Part shown: in pieces, positions 40,201 to 52,679 of the stretch
Layout of the letters: every line of letters begins with the position of its first letter
Position numbering within the stretch: the first letter of the stretch is position 1
From: Balanoglossus misakiensis
Lineage: Eukaryota; Animalia; Hemichordata
Direction: 5' to 3'
NCBI GenBank assembly: GCA_040954595.2
Contig: CM082580.2
Coordinates: 3,896,783-3,960,782, forward strand
Length of the DNA stretch: 64,000 bases
The notes under the pieces: model-generated
What the model saw: only the letters and a program-made list of their open reading frames with translations
Database searches by the model: none
What the model was told of the DNA's origin: nothing
Translations under genes and position numbers: made by a program

Positions 40201-43200
40201 TATTTTATGAGGTAAATATTACTGTGGATTATTGGGTCATGTAAATACTGTATCGTCTCCTTGCCTGGAATCCTGATATTTGATGAATTATTTATGTGAA
40301 CCAGCTGATCAGATATGCACATGTATATAAACCTTGTGAAACTTGAATATAACATACTAAAAAGTTACAATACCTCAGGGAAAATGTGACCAACGCAAGA
40401 CAACTTGCTACAGTGGATATGTGTATATATATACTACATCACTATCTGTTGAGAAACACTCCTTGGTTACCATCAACATTATGCCACTTTGCATATTACC
40501 AACAAACTACATGTAGTTGAAAAATTCATCAGAATTTGCAGTCCAATGCATTGCTTAAGTAGGACACACTTAAAAAGGATAGTGGTGGTTGAATGACAGA
40601 TTATTGACCAGCATTAAAAGACACAACAAAAGAACTTCATACTAATAGTTTTTGACCAAGTGACCCTGATAGACACTCAGGTTCTTTCTATTTCATTTCC
40701 ATACCCTACTCGCTTCCAAAGTCTACGAGTACATGTATATGATAAGACCATGTGATTGTCAGCTACCAGTTTAAATTTACGATAACGTGTTCATTGACCG
40801 AACACACACAGTAGAGATACACACACAAACAAGTCGTGACACTCAGGGTTTCTGACATGACAGGTAAAAATTCCTCCGTTGATGTCATTATTTCTACCTG
40901 CGGACAATACATGAATTGTGTTGACAGCCTTACAGCCTTTCAAATATTTGCGTTGAAGTGACCCAGTAAGCATACACTCCTATATCAGACAAAACAGTTA
41001 TCTCTACAAGACAAATACCAGGAGCTGCATACATAGTCCTGAGTAACATCTTTCTGCAAATGCGGCAGGAAAATTGTAATTAATTTACAAATGGCTTAAA
41101 CTAATATTACATTAAATAGCATTTAAAGCCAACTGGTCAATTATTGAAGTACAATATTCATTTGTGTGTTTCAATTCTGTTTATTGTCAGTAAATATTGG
41201 AACTTTGATACAGACAAACTGTTTCAATTTACTTGATTTCACTTCATTTTATGCTTTAGCTGGAATGCCCCTGGTGTACATGTATGTCAAAGTTCAAAAT
41301 ATTCTGTGTGACATTTTTTTAAGTATACCCAAACTTTTGTTTAGCGAGGGGGGGGGGGGGTTTGAGGTCAAAACGTAAGTAGTTGACTATGTCATGAGCT
41401 GATTTTACTTATCCATACATGTATACCCTAAACTGTGTACAAATTACAATGCAGCTCAATCAGTAAGATTGGTTTGACAAAACAAAGCCGAACTATGGAA
41501 ACATCTTGTACACTGTAACCTCGCCTACGCCTATGGCAACTTGCCACATGTTTAATAATCACGTACAATACAAATACAAATTATTTTCATCTGATTTTCA
41601 GATCTTCAAGTCATTATTTCTTATTCTGGACAATTCATATATATACACAATTCTAATTAGACTTTTTATATTGGTATCCAAGATTACATGTACTATTACT
41701 AAGTGACTGTACAGTATTTTGTCAAAAATTTCATCATAATATTAATAATCAACATATGGCTTGGAGTGAAAACACAAGTGGTCAAATCAATTTTTCAGAA
41801 ATTTCCAGGGGTAAATTTCTTTTTTTTTTCAGGATTTCCAAAGGAGTAGTTTCAAAATTCAGGAAATTTCAAGACTTTCGAGGAGTGAAGAAGCCATGTA
41901 TTTACAAGTTATTTCACGAATATAAATGACTACTATTCACGGCTTTGGAAACAAATGCTGACCTAGGATTAGTTTAACTCTCTCAATGACACATTTTGGT
42001 TACAAATATTTAAAATTAATCACAATCATATTCCTATTATAAGATATTTAATGGTTTTTTTTTCATTATCATCTTGTGAAATCATCTATCAATTTAAATA
42101 TCAATATTTAAAATTAATCACAATCATATTCCTATTATAAGATATTTAATGGGGGGTTTTTCATTATCATCTTGTGAAATCATCTATCAATTTAAATATC
42201 AATATTTAAAATTAATCACAATCATATTCCTATTATAAGATATTTAATGGGGGGTTTTTCATTATCATCTTGTGAAATCATCTATCAATTTAAATATCTC
42301 GGCACTGATCATCCCACTGTACAATAAATCTACATCTATACCACCCTGGATTATGACCTTTGATCCTCAGATACCACACAACAAGGGACTTTAGGTTGAA
42401 CAGCTATAAAACAAGCAGGGGATTGACCTTTCAACCCAGGCGTGGACATAGCATGAGTACCCTGAAACTTTTACCAAGACCTAATCAGTGTTCTCCCCAG
42501 AGCAATTAAAGCATAGTGGCCACTATTCTTTAATTCTGAGAAGACAACAGAAGGTAATTAACATAACAATTAGCCATTAAACTATCAGAAATTCCTGAGG
42601 AGAACACTGCCTAAATTATGGAGAATACATTCAACTTTAGTGACCAGATTCCAAGCTGAATAATTTAACAGGTGTATACATTGCAAGTATAGGCAACTGC
42701 AATATCCTATCTTACAGGAGCATATGATAAATGAAGTATTGAGATCATGTACAGAGATACACTGTATCGTAAATGAGGAATATTAATTTCAATAATTCTC
42801 AATGAAAAAACCTTTCGTGCCTGCTACTTTGAAATCTTCCATATCATTAAAAACGCCCACCATCCCTAATAATAGCAAGTCAAACAATTCAACAATCACA
42901 ATTTTAAAAACTTTCCAGGCATAAGTTAATAAGCTGACAACAAAAGGCCTATTGATAATAGCCATGAACTGAACGCATACACATTTAACCAATGAAATCT
43001 ACAGAGTCCTAACATTAAATAGGTCAATAGAGATTAGCTCCATGCATTAAGAGAGAAATATTGCTTACTATTGATTTCTCTACATGGTGGGAAATTAATC
43101 AACTCATCTGAAGTGTGCTAACTGCTTGTTCTAGTATTACTCATAGATGAAACAAGTCAAATATATTTTTAGATTCCACAAGGAGTTGTACAGTGTATGC

Positions 43201-46200
43201 CAAACTGCAGGGACTGAGGGTGTGTAGCTTTTCAGGAAAGACATGTCTAAGTTATATGAATGAATGAATGAATGAATGAATGAATGAATGAACGAACGAA
43301 CGAACAAACGAACGAACGAACGAACGAACGAACGAATGAATGAAACACATTGTACAAATTATTTTCTTCACCTCATGGCCTATGGTTCAAATGAATTACG
43401 TCAGGCGTAATTTATTTAATAACTCTTGACAAACACAAATAATGAAATAGTTGTCAAGGAGCCTTTGTGGCACAAATTGATTTTCCTTTGCGATATTAAA
43501 AATCCCCCAGGAAAAATAAACTACCTTAGGCATGTAAAAGAATATATAAACTGGCTACTAGGCAGACTCACAGATGGTATTAGGACATAAATGAGGGTAC
43601 AGGTATGTGTACATAACAGTTCACTATAGTTACTTGTATGAAGTTTGAATGAAATCAGTTTAACCATATTTAAGAAACAGTCACAAAATTTTTTGCAACA
43701 AAATGGCAACCCGAAAGCCATATAGGATCATATTTGATAACTTTTACCTTCAAAATCTTGACAGACTTTATCAAAATGGGTGTGGCTGCAATAAAAACAG
43801 TCCTCTTTTCAACATGCATGTCATCAAATAGAACATGTCCTTGAAAAACGTTAAACTGTCTTCTGGCAGAATGTTGCTTTCCAAGGTTTTACATGTTATC
43901 AGTAACAATGTCATTATAAGCCTTTAACAAGGCTAATATTCACTATGCCTCTGACATTTCCTTCCACTGTGAATGCTTACTTTAAGTCACCTTTTCTGCC
44001 GCTCTCAGAGAAACGCGACTACACTTCCTGCAAATGCCATACACTACACAGTTTATCAATTGTTTACTTGAAGATTTTTGCTCCAATGCTCATCAGAGAT
44101 ACCAGCAAGTAAGGTGAATGTTCGCAACTCCATCCTGACTCATACAAAACATCAAAGGAAAGCATTATTACTGAAAAACCCTCTCTATTACCTTGACACG
44201 ATAATTCCCGTCTTGACTCAATGCAGTCTTTTCATTTTCAAACATGAGTCAAATCTAAAATACCTTACTAAATGTAATGGTTCCATTGTACCAACCAGGT
44301 TGTCAGACAGCAAATCTTACTCACTCCAAAAGAACAGTTATGTACACATACATATAAACACCTTTCCCCATTGTCTTGACCAAATCCTCTTATAGTTAAC
44401 AGCCCAACTGTCCAAGTCTTGACTCCCAGTGTATTTCTCAGGAAAACTTAATTATAGCACTAGCAAATGATTCTATTAATTGACGTTTGAGATGTGTCCA
44501 CTGAAACACATTCTCTTTGAATTGCTAATTCATTTCAAGTTTGTAAATAAAGATAGAATACTGAATTGTATAGTGTTCATCATTCTCACCAACAGTGTTC
44601 CAGAAATCTTGTTAGTTAAAAATCATGTTATGTACTTTCGAAACCAGTTTTTCAGAAAATTCCATACACATATGTATGATATAAATTATTGATTAAACCA
44701 TAGGGTTTTCTACTTCTGTTCTACAGTAAAAACCATCTTGGTATCGAAATCTTACCAGATGGTGCCAAACCAAGCATTTTCTATGGTCCCCACAGGGTAC
44801 CTATCCTGATATTATAGTGAGCTGATAGTTACCACGGAAACTGGTTGTCATTGCCAGGCAACACAAGGGGAAGATGGGTTAAAGTGTGCGAGTCTCGACA
44901 TGCACACAAAGTGTTGCCCAAGGACATGCAGATACAATACATGTTTTGATATTGTTGCAAGTTTAACACGGAAGTTGAACTAGCCCTCAACCCTTAGTTA
45001 TCACTCATTAATATGAACTGTTCATCAATACTTTACAAGTCTAAATGTTTTTCACTGATATTATCTAGTAAACAAACCTTCCATCAGGCATGGATATTAC
45101 CAAAAGAGCAAATCCATGTGCCACCCAAGTCTGGTAATCAAGATAATCTTCAAGGACCTACAGTCTATACTGATAAAATATTCAGATGGCTTGAAACTAT
45201 CTCTCCAGATACTGAATTTTCTCAGAATTTCAAATACGATTTTCCAAGAATATACATTAAAACCTGATCTATACTGAGAGCATTGCAAAAGGTAGGATAA
45301 CTGTCATGACACATCAAAGTTAAACTTGCATGTAAATGATGTTGGTTCAACCAAATGGTGTATAATATAAAATTCAGATGCAATTTTAGAGTTATACTAT
45401 AGATGTACTTTATTATTATTTATGTATTCTAATTTCAGTTAAATTCACTTGTTTTTTGGCAATTCCCCTACAGAAATCTGTGAAGAGAAAAATGTAAAAT
45501 ATGTTAATTCTTAATTCTGATACAAAATCGATATGCACAAGGGACAGTCATTTTTGTAAAGCATACAATTGACATTTCTTTTCAATGACAAAAGATAATG
45601 GAGCCAGGTGTGAAAGTGATTACGGAAATGCTATGATCCAGGAAAACATAACAGCCCCCTGGAAATGCTGTTTTAGTGTACCAATCAAACCCTGTGATGT
45701 GTTCTTAGCAAGGAAAGGTGGGGGAATTCAAGAGACCAAAATCAGAAATTGAAATAAAGGCAAACAGTTTGGGTGGCTTTATAGGAAAAGTAATAATAAT
45801 CAAGCGATTGATGAATACAATTTTTTTTTTCAATTCAGTTCAATAGTGTGGTACTGATTACATGGTCAGCAAGTGCATGCATTCTGCAACAGTGCCTAGC
45901 CAATCAGTTAGACATGATATGACTGGCACGCTTCCACAAAACAAATCAAACATTAACTTACCTGGTCATTCAGCCCACAATATTCAACTACCATCCAAAA
46001 CTATAGAGGGAAGTCTCTTACATGTATGGATGCACCCATGTACCATCAACATATTAGTGGTGTACTGTATAAGATCAGGTTCCCCTATATCTGGGCTTTT
46101 AGAAAATATCTACTTTTTGGGGGGTTTAGGACTTCATTAATTGACAGAAAACAACAGTTCCTGAAACTGCTGCTTTTGTATATCAGGCTGGTGTGAGAAA

Positions 46201-49200
46201 GAACATACGTTTAAATTACATGTACTCTCTTGATAAAGGTATAATGTCCTAGGGCAGGGCTTTGTCACTAGTCTCTAGATCCCAGACAAAATCACAACTG
46301 GGCCGGATGGGCTTGGCGGTCCAATGACCACCCCTTATCTCTGACTATTACCGTGACCAGGGCTGGGCTTGGCCCTTACTAATCACTAAACGTGTGCCTG
46401 ATTAAACTTAACAGGGGCTGCAGGAAAGGGGAATCTGTACAAAACATAATTTCAGGTTTTGAAAAAATACACTTCAAGTTATTTGCGGAGATATTCACTT
46501 GAAACAAAGTAAAGGAATGCAGTGGTTTGATAATCATTGTTCTTCATGTCACATACCACTGATATATTCGATCGTTTATCAATATTTCCTGACAGCTTCG
46601 GGTTATGAGAGGTCAGGCTTAAACTATTCTCTACAGGTGAAGCTATGAACATCTTGACCCAACATGATAAGGTGGTCAAGGCAGCGTTATTTATGACCTG
46701 GTCGTACGGGTAGAAACTCTGGGGAATATACATTGTAGTGTGGAAACATTAGAAAGAGGTCACTTCTCATTCAGTTCTGATCTGTTCTATGGGTGTACTG
46801 AATACCTGAGCACAATGCATTACAGCTGCACCGACCACACCTGAAACAATAGCTACAATGGTTGAAGGGGTGTGTACTGTATTTGACACCTTCAGCAAAG
46901 GTTGACCAGAACAGTCTATAGTATAATTAGGGCAACCTATGCTCTGGTATGCATTTAACAGAAAGATTCAGTTTGTGATTGATTTTTTTGTTGAATGAGA
47001 TTGACCCTGCCCTGTGAAAATATTTGACTGACCAACACACTACCATTCTCTACACTGCACTGGTCCTGTAGAAACAGGCTAAGTACTCTATGCACCCTAA
47101 ATCATGAAATTTACCTACAGGGGGATTATGTCCAATAATCAGTTTATAGAAAAAAATTACACACCCAACATTACACTGTGGACAAATCCAGATGCCACAA
47201 TTTCAAATTGATTGTGGGACAGAGCTGGCAATTCCAAATTGCTTTCCAGATAGATGTGTTTTATCATTGTTCACTTATCTTTTACCCCATCAACCAGTAT
47301 GCACTATGATACAATGTCCAATTCTCTTATCACATCCAGGGCTAGCTAGGCTAATCTGAATTCACACCCAGTGCTTGAATACAAGCAATACTAGTACCTT
47401 CCAGGGATACTCTCAACAGTCAAACTTTTCAATTACCAAACATGTCTGACACACACATTGAAAGACAGCTCCATCAATGTCATGGGGCAGCAAAGTTGGG
47501 TCCCACTTAGCTTCTTAACCCTTTCACCACCATGGTTCAGTCCAAACCCATTGTTTTCTATGGTAAGGTTGGACCTCTATTCTAAAGAGGGAACTGGGGG
47601 TGAAAGAGTTAAACTAGCACCAGTAAACCACCTGCCTCAGCCCCCCTACATATAACTTCCCTGAAAATGAGAGCTGGAATGATGAATAAGTACACTGTAC
47701 TTCAAGTGAGGGGTTACATGTAACTGCTCCTATTTTGGGGGAACACTCTACTTTGGGGGGAGGGGATTGTCATTCAATTCAAGTCCAATTTCTGTAACAC
47801 TTCAAAATTCGACGTACCATTTCCTCATTGTGCAAATTTCATGAATGGAATGGAATGGAGTTACCTGGTGTACAAACACTTCAGATTTTATGATGGAATT
47901 AAATCATGTGATTTAGTGGCAAAGACCACGTCTTGAACAAGTTAAGTCCTGTTCAATAGTAAGTCACATTGCAGTAAAAGACACTAGAAATTTGCGCCAC
48001 ACAAGGACAACTAGCAGCGCTACAGTAATAATCTTAACACTTTTCAACAATTGTTTTTTTCACTCACTCTTGTAAATCTACGATTCTAATAAATGAAAAT
48101 TTGCACATTTTACACGTGTACCACTTCAGGTGTTCGTACCATTTTACGGAAGCCCAAAATATGGCAACAACCAACATCTTTATGCCCTCACTCAGACAAT
48201 TTTCTGAAATTCTTTTGAGTTGACAATTTAAAATACTAAGGGTAGAGGAGCCCTAACATTTAATATATTAAATGCATCTCACAATATTGTTTATCTGGCT
48301 TCAAATAATTTGGAGCCAGACTTGAATGCTATTCTGTATTTTGTATTCTACATAACTTTGCCTGGTAATCCAATTCAAAATTTCCATCTAATATGATAAC
48401 AAGCACATATGTAATGTATAACTCAGGGCCATCAGAAAAAAATTGGCCCTGTCTCCATTTATCTTATCTGTTATCTGTTCATGATAAAAAGCCACCAGAA
48501 CACGATTGTTAAAATAAAATTAGGTTGGTTGGACCAGTCGAACTTCTAAGATACTTAAAATTAACCTTTCCACCTGTTCATTCTCCAAAAGTTCAATCAG
48601 AAAACAATGAAACTGTGGCAGTGAAAAGGATTAAGCATGCCTTCATTTATAATCAAGAAATCAGATTTCATCATCGGTACTGAATTCAGACAAACAGCAA
48701 AAATGCACCATAGTTTTACCTTTTCTTGAACTGGTTTTGGTTTGGGTTCTTCCTTTGCTGGTTCTGGTGTTGGTTCGACTTTTGGCTCGGGCTCGGGCTC
48801 TTTGGCAGGCTCTGGTTCGGGCTCTGGTTCTGGCTCCGGCTCGTTAGCAACAGGGGGTGACGACACTTCCACTACTTCGTTGACGACGACGACCGGCTCG
48901 GGCTCAGGTTCCGATTTGGTTTCGACTTCAACTTCAGGTTCTGGCTGTGGTGGCTCTGGTTCTACTTTTGGCTCTGGTTCCTGTTCGGGTTCTGGTTCGG
49001 GCTCTGGTTCTGCTCTCGGCTCGGGCTCCGGCTCGGGCTCGGGCTCGGGAGGTGACGGGGCTTCTTCTGGTTCATCTTCCCGCTCGTTGTTGACGTGCAC
49101 TACCACGGCGGCTGCGGCAGCCACTTCCTGCACCTCGACTTCGTCTTCTCGCCGGACGTCGCCGTTGATTTCCGCCGCCACCGTTTCCTCCTGCCTCACT

Positions 49201-51467
49201 TCTTCCTGCTGCTGCTGAACTTCGTTCTCAATGATCTCAGTTCCATTGACAACTTCGTCTTGCGGTGCTTTGTCACCCCCTGCCATGTCAGCTTTCACCG
49301 TAATTCCCTTGGCTTTGAAGAAGTTATCTGCCTCTTTATCCACAACTAGCAGAGTTGTTTCGTTACCACCCGCCCGTATTCTGGCAACAACTTGTGAGTG
49401 ATTCTCTCTTTCAATATTGACTCCATTTACTTCGATAACTCTGTCTGATGCTTTAAGTCCTGCATGTTCAGCAGGGGAATCTGTAAAGATGAAATAAAAA
49501 AAATTCCAAATGTTTCAGCACAGGTTGTGGATTCATGACTGGGCTATAATATAGAATGGGGGGGGGGGGGGCGGACTCGGAGAGTCCATAAGTTGGCTAT
49601 TTGTGTGATGAGCCAAGTATCCTACCAGTATGTACCAACATCATGAAAGGACGGTTTTGAGTTATTGTTGATCTGTACAGTGTGCTAGAAAAATAAGAGA
49701 TTTCTGTGACAGTGGATTTAGACAAAACCCAATGTTGTGCAAGTTATAAAATTATCTTTTGCTAAACCCAGGCTCTGGAAACTGGATCATGTCATACAAC
49801 ACATGATATCAAAAGCTTCAGGCCAATTCTGAATGATGCATACATTCTGATCTGATTGAACAGTGGTACATATCAAAAATTGGCTTTACTCTAGTAGCAG
49901 CTGCATACACCATTTTTATCTTTTATAGCAGACATTTTGGCATCACTGGTTATTTTTTAACATTTGTCAATATCTAAACACCAAATAGGTTTTCGAAATT
50001 GAATCGTAAAAAAATGCTTAATTATACAATTTTTACTTTAAATGTTACATTCTGTAATGATTGAAGTACACTTGGTGACTGGGATGAGGCAGACCAAAGT
50101 TGACCAAGTGCCTACGGGGCTGACAAAGCATTTAGGTCCTGAAGGGGAAATGTCACCAATTCAGACCCTATCAGAGCAACTATTTCAATCATTTACAAAT
50201 AAATAGCATGTATCCACACTTACATGTTAACATGACATTCAACTTCTCACCACAATTTACCCCCTTTCAAAGCCCAAAATATATTTCAATTGTTCAACGT
50301 GTCACTGATCACCTCATCAGATACTACTGGGTCATTTTTCATTTTTTTTAAATACTTTGTCAACTAGGAATTATTTGTAATTTTCAATTTAATTAATATA
50401 CATTTTATTTGTTTTTGTATACATCAGTAAATCATAAATGTCAACAATTTCACTGAATATTATACATGTTATTTTTTAATTTCTTTATTCATAAATGAAC
50501 AGAATGTTATCCCGGTAAAAAACAGAGTTATAACTAAATTGGACGCTTTTTTCAAAATGGCCACAATAAAATCTTCACCACACAGGTTTTAATACAAAAC
50601 GAGTGACCTCACTTAAGCTTTGTGTCAACACTATTACGTCATGTGGTCAGACAAATCCCTTCAGGCAAGACTGGAAAGTTAGACCCCTCCCAACCAGTCA
50701 TGATGCAGTCCCATCACCATTCTCAAAGATATTAGCCTGGTATCCAGACCGCAGTGTGTTTTAGATTTGTGTGTGAATCTAAAACACAATGCGGTCTGGA
50801 TACCAGGCTACAAGGATATATTGACATAACATATTCATCTCTCAGCATTCATCACTATGCATATATTGCATTTTTGTTGTTTTCATTCAACAACCAATAT
50901 TTGATCATGGCGTTCGACACAAGTCATATAGAAGCCAACAAGTGTAAAGCCAAATGTTTGGTTTAGTCTTACCAATCGCTTCCGGATAACTAACTGCAGC
51001 TGGTCAGTAGTCAACCGGTGGAAGAATGTCGAATTGTTTGTAAAATAGACTACCACGACGGCTTCAAAACAAGTTATACAGTGTGTACGCGCGTTTTACA
51101 GTAGTTATTTAAACAAATGTAATTAAATAATCCTATAGTAAAAGTCGGAAACACAGTATGCTTGCCGTCGTTAGCCTGAATTTGCATTTCCGACGAGGAA
51201 GGTAAATAGTACACGGAGTGTGTGTGAACATAAAAGGAAGATATTACATCTCTCCTGTATGCATATAACTGTACGCAACGACAAAAGAATATGGCGCCAC
51301 ACAAGCAAGTAAGCGATGACGCCACATCTCGTTTTCTCACCTTGATCAACTGCACGAATAAACTGTCCATGTTGTCCCTTCTCGCCGTGCAGATTAAAGC
51401 CATAACCCTTGTCGCTTCGAACGATATGGCACAGGCGAGGCCTGGGGTCTCCGGGTTCCGAACTCAT
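34292..51467 (-). CDS. NHERF1: NHERF/EBP50-family scaffold (one PDZ domain, acidic Pro-Glu spacer, C-terminal ERM-binding motif), at least 3 coding exons, about 340 aa
   Basis: Exons (minus strand): 51467-51341 ([42 protein letters not shown]), 49480-48720 ([52 protein letters not shown]...PEPE...), 34426-34292 (...[29 protein letters not shown]). Phases 1 and 0 match. [12 protein letters not shown] is the NHERF PDZ signature, and the tail matches the EBP50 KRAPQMDWSKKNELFSNL motif. The symbol is family-level. Confidence 0.88.
34779..34871 (-). mobile_element. About 90-bp piggyBac-like MITE, copy 1
   Basis: TTAA-CCCTTTCA...TGAAAGGG-TTAA. The interior is the reverse complement of the copies at 47515 and 56521. 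Confidence 0.85.
35833..35859. repeat. (GAT)n microsatellite
   Basis: Directly visible. Confidence 0.8.
42005..42298. repeat. Tandem repeat, three near-identical 98-bp units
   Basis: Units start at 42005, 42103 and 42201 (aatatttaaaattaatcacaatcatattcctattataagatatttaatgg...caatttaaatatc) and differ mainly in the G/T run. Confidence 0.92.
43256..43343. repeat. (TGAA)n-(CGAA)n compound microsatellite
   Basis: Directly visible. Confidence 0.9.
47515..47612 (+). mobile_element. About 95-bp piggyBac-like MITE, copy 2
   Basis: TTAA-CCCTTTCACCACCATGGTTCAGTCCAAACCC...GGTGAAAGAG-TTAA. Confidence 0.85.
50733..50810. mobile_element. 78-bp near-perfect hairpin MITE in NHERF intron 1
   Basis: TAGCCTGGTATCCAGACCGCA-g-TGTGTTTTAGATT-loop-AATCTAAAACACA-a-TGCGGTCTGGATACCAGGCTA: 21+13 bp stem, one mismatch, TA ends. 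Confidence 0.8.
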
Positions 51468-51664
51468 GTCTGACGAAAACAAAAAGCTAAGCCTAACCTA
51501 GAACAAAAATTTTAGCACACTTGCGGGACAATCAGCTAGGAGGCCTCGTCTAACCGATGCAGAGGTTGTGGAACAGCGATATACCGAGTTGACGCGATAT
51601 CGGTGCCGGTTAACGGTAGAAAAAATTCAGCACGCCCAACTTCGTCTTGCCAAGGTGTGCCGAG

Positions 51665-51699
51665 CAAGATGGCGATAAGGTTACGTTTACTCACGTGAC
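51665..51699. promoter_or_regulatory. Candidate NHERF core-promoter motifs (YY1-type CAAGATGGCG and E-box TCACGTGAC)
   Basis: Motif matches about 200 bp upstream of the ATG in a locally CpG-richer stretch. Function untested. Confidence 0.3.
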
Positions 51700-52208
51700 C
51701 GACCTCAACGGTTTCAAGACACCCCGCATAAAGCAGATAAGAGTGGCAACGCCCCCTGATTTACTGCGGAATTTTCATTAAATATTCTGTAATGTCAGTG
51801 GCACGCGATTTTTTTAAAATCATTTTTTAAAATCCTGATTTTTTTCCAGTCTCTTCGTGTCCCTATTTTTGATGAAAGCAATAATTTATGATTTCACAGC
51901 ATCAATCGATATGATGTACATGCAAGCATGCCCACAGCACTGAACTTTGTACTACTGCATTATGGCGGCACCTGGGGGCGCTCTTTACAAGTTTCATATC
52001 TGTTGATGAAAAAATATGGAGAGCCACAACCTTTTGCATTATTTTCATGATTTTACTTTCCAACTTAGATTGGTGCACCTAAATAAGCTTAATGCTAGGT
52101 ATACATGAACAGCTAATCGACGCCCTATTGTAGCTGTATGTTGCAATTTCAACAAGTAATATGCCGCACCCTTTTAATCGGCCCCTGATATCGATCTCGT
52201 GGTATGCG

Positions 52209-52232
52209 CACAGGGAACTTAGTAATTTTGTT

Positions 52233-52313
<81 letters not shown>

Positions 52314-52604
52314 AAGATTGGTAATAAAATTTAAAAAAAATCAATGTGTCATTTCTTGCTATGTTTGTCGATGTTGTAGATAACTGTAAAAAAACCCAAC
52401 CATAATCGTGGAAAACACGACCTAGGTCGCCGAATGTCACTACCGTCTTACATACAGGCCTGTATGTAAGACGGTAGTGACATTCGGCGACCTAGGTCGT
52501 GTTTTCCACGATTATGGTTGGGTTTTTTTTACAGTTATCTACAACATCGACAAACATATCAAGAAATGACACATTGATTTTTTTTTAATTTTATTACCAA
52601 TCTT

Positions 52605-52660
<56 letters not shown>

Positions 52661-52679
52661 AATTACTAAGTTCCCTGTG
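52209..52679. mobile_element. 471-bp spacer-less palindromic (foldback) element, P-superfamily-like
   Basis: CACAGGGAACTTAGTAATTTT...AAAATTACTAAGTTCCCTGTG termini, 7-bp duplication GTATGCG (52202-52208, 52680-52686), symmetry centre CATACAGG|CCTGTATG at 52458/52459. The arms contain (GTT)n and (AAC)n tracts. Confidence 0.85.

Noticed and set aside
42005-42298. Possible CRISPR-like array
   Set aside because: Head-to-tail tandem units without unique spacers, in a eukaryotic intron.
48742-49218. 158-aa Gly-Ser-rich plus-strand ORF
   Set aside because: It is the reverse complement of the (Pro-Glu)n codons in NHERF exon 2.
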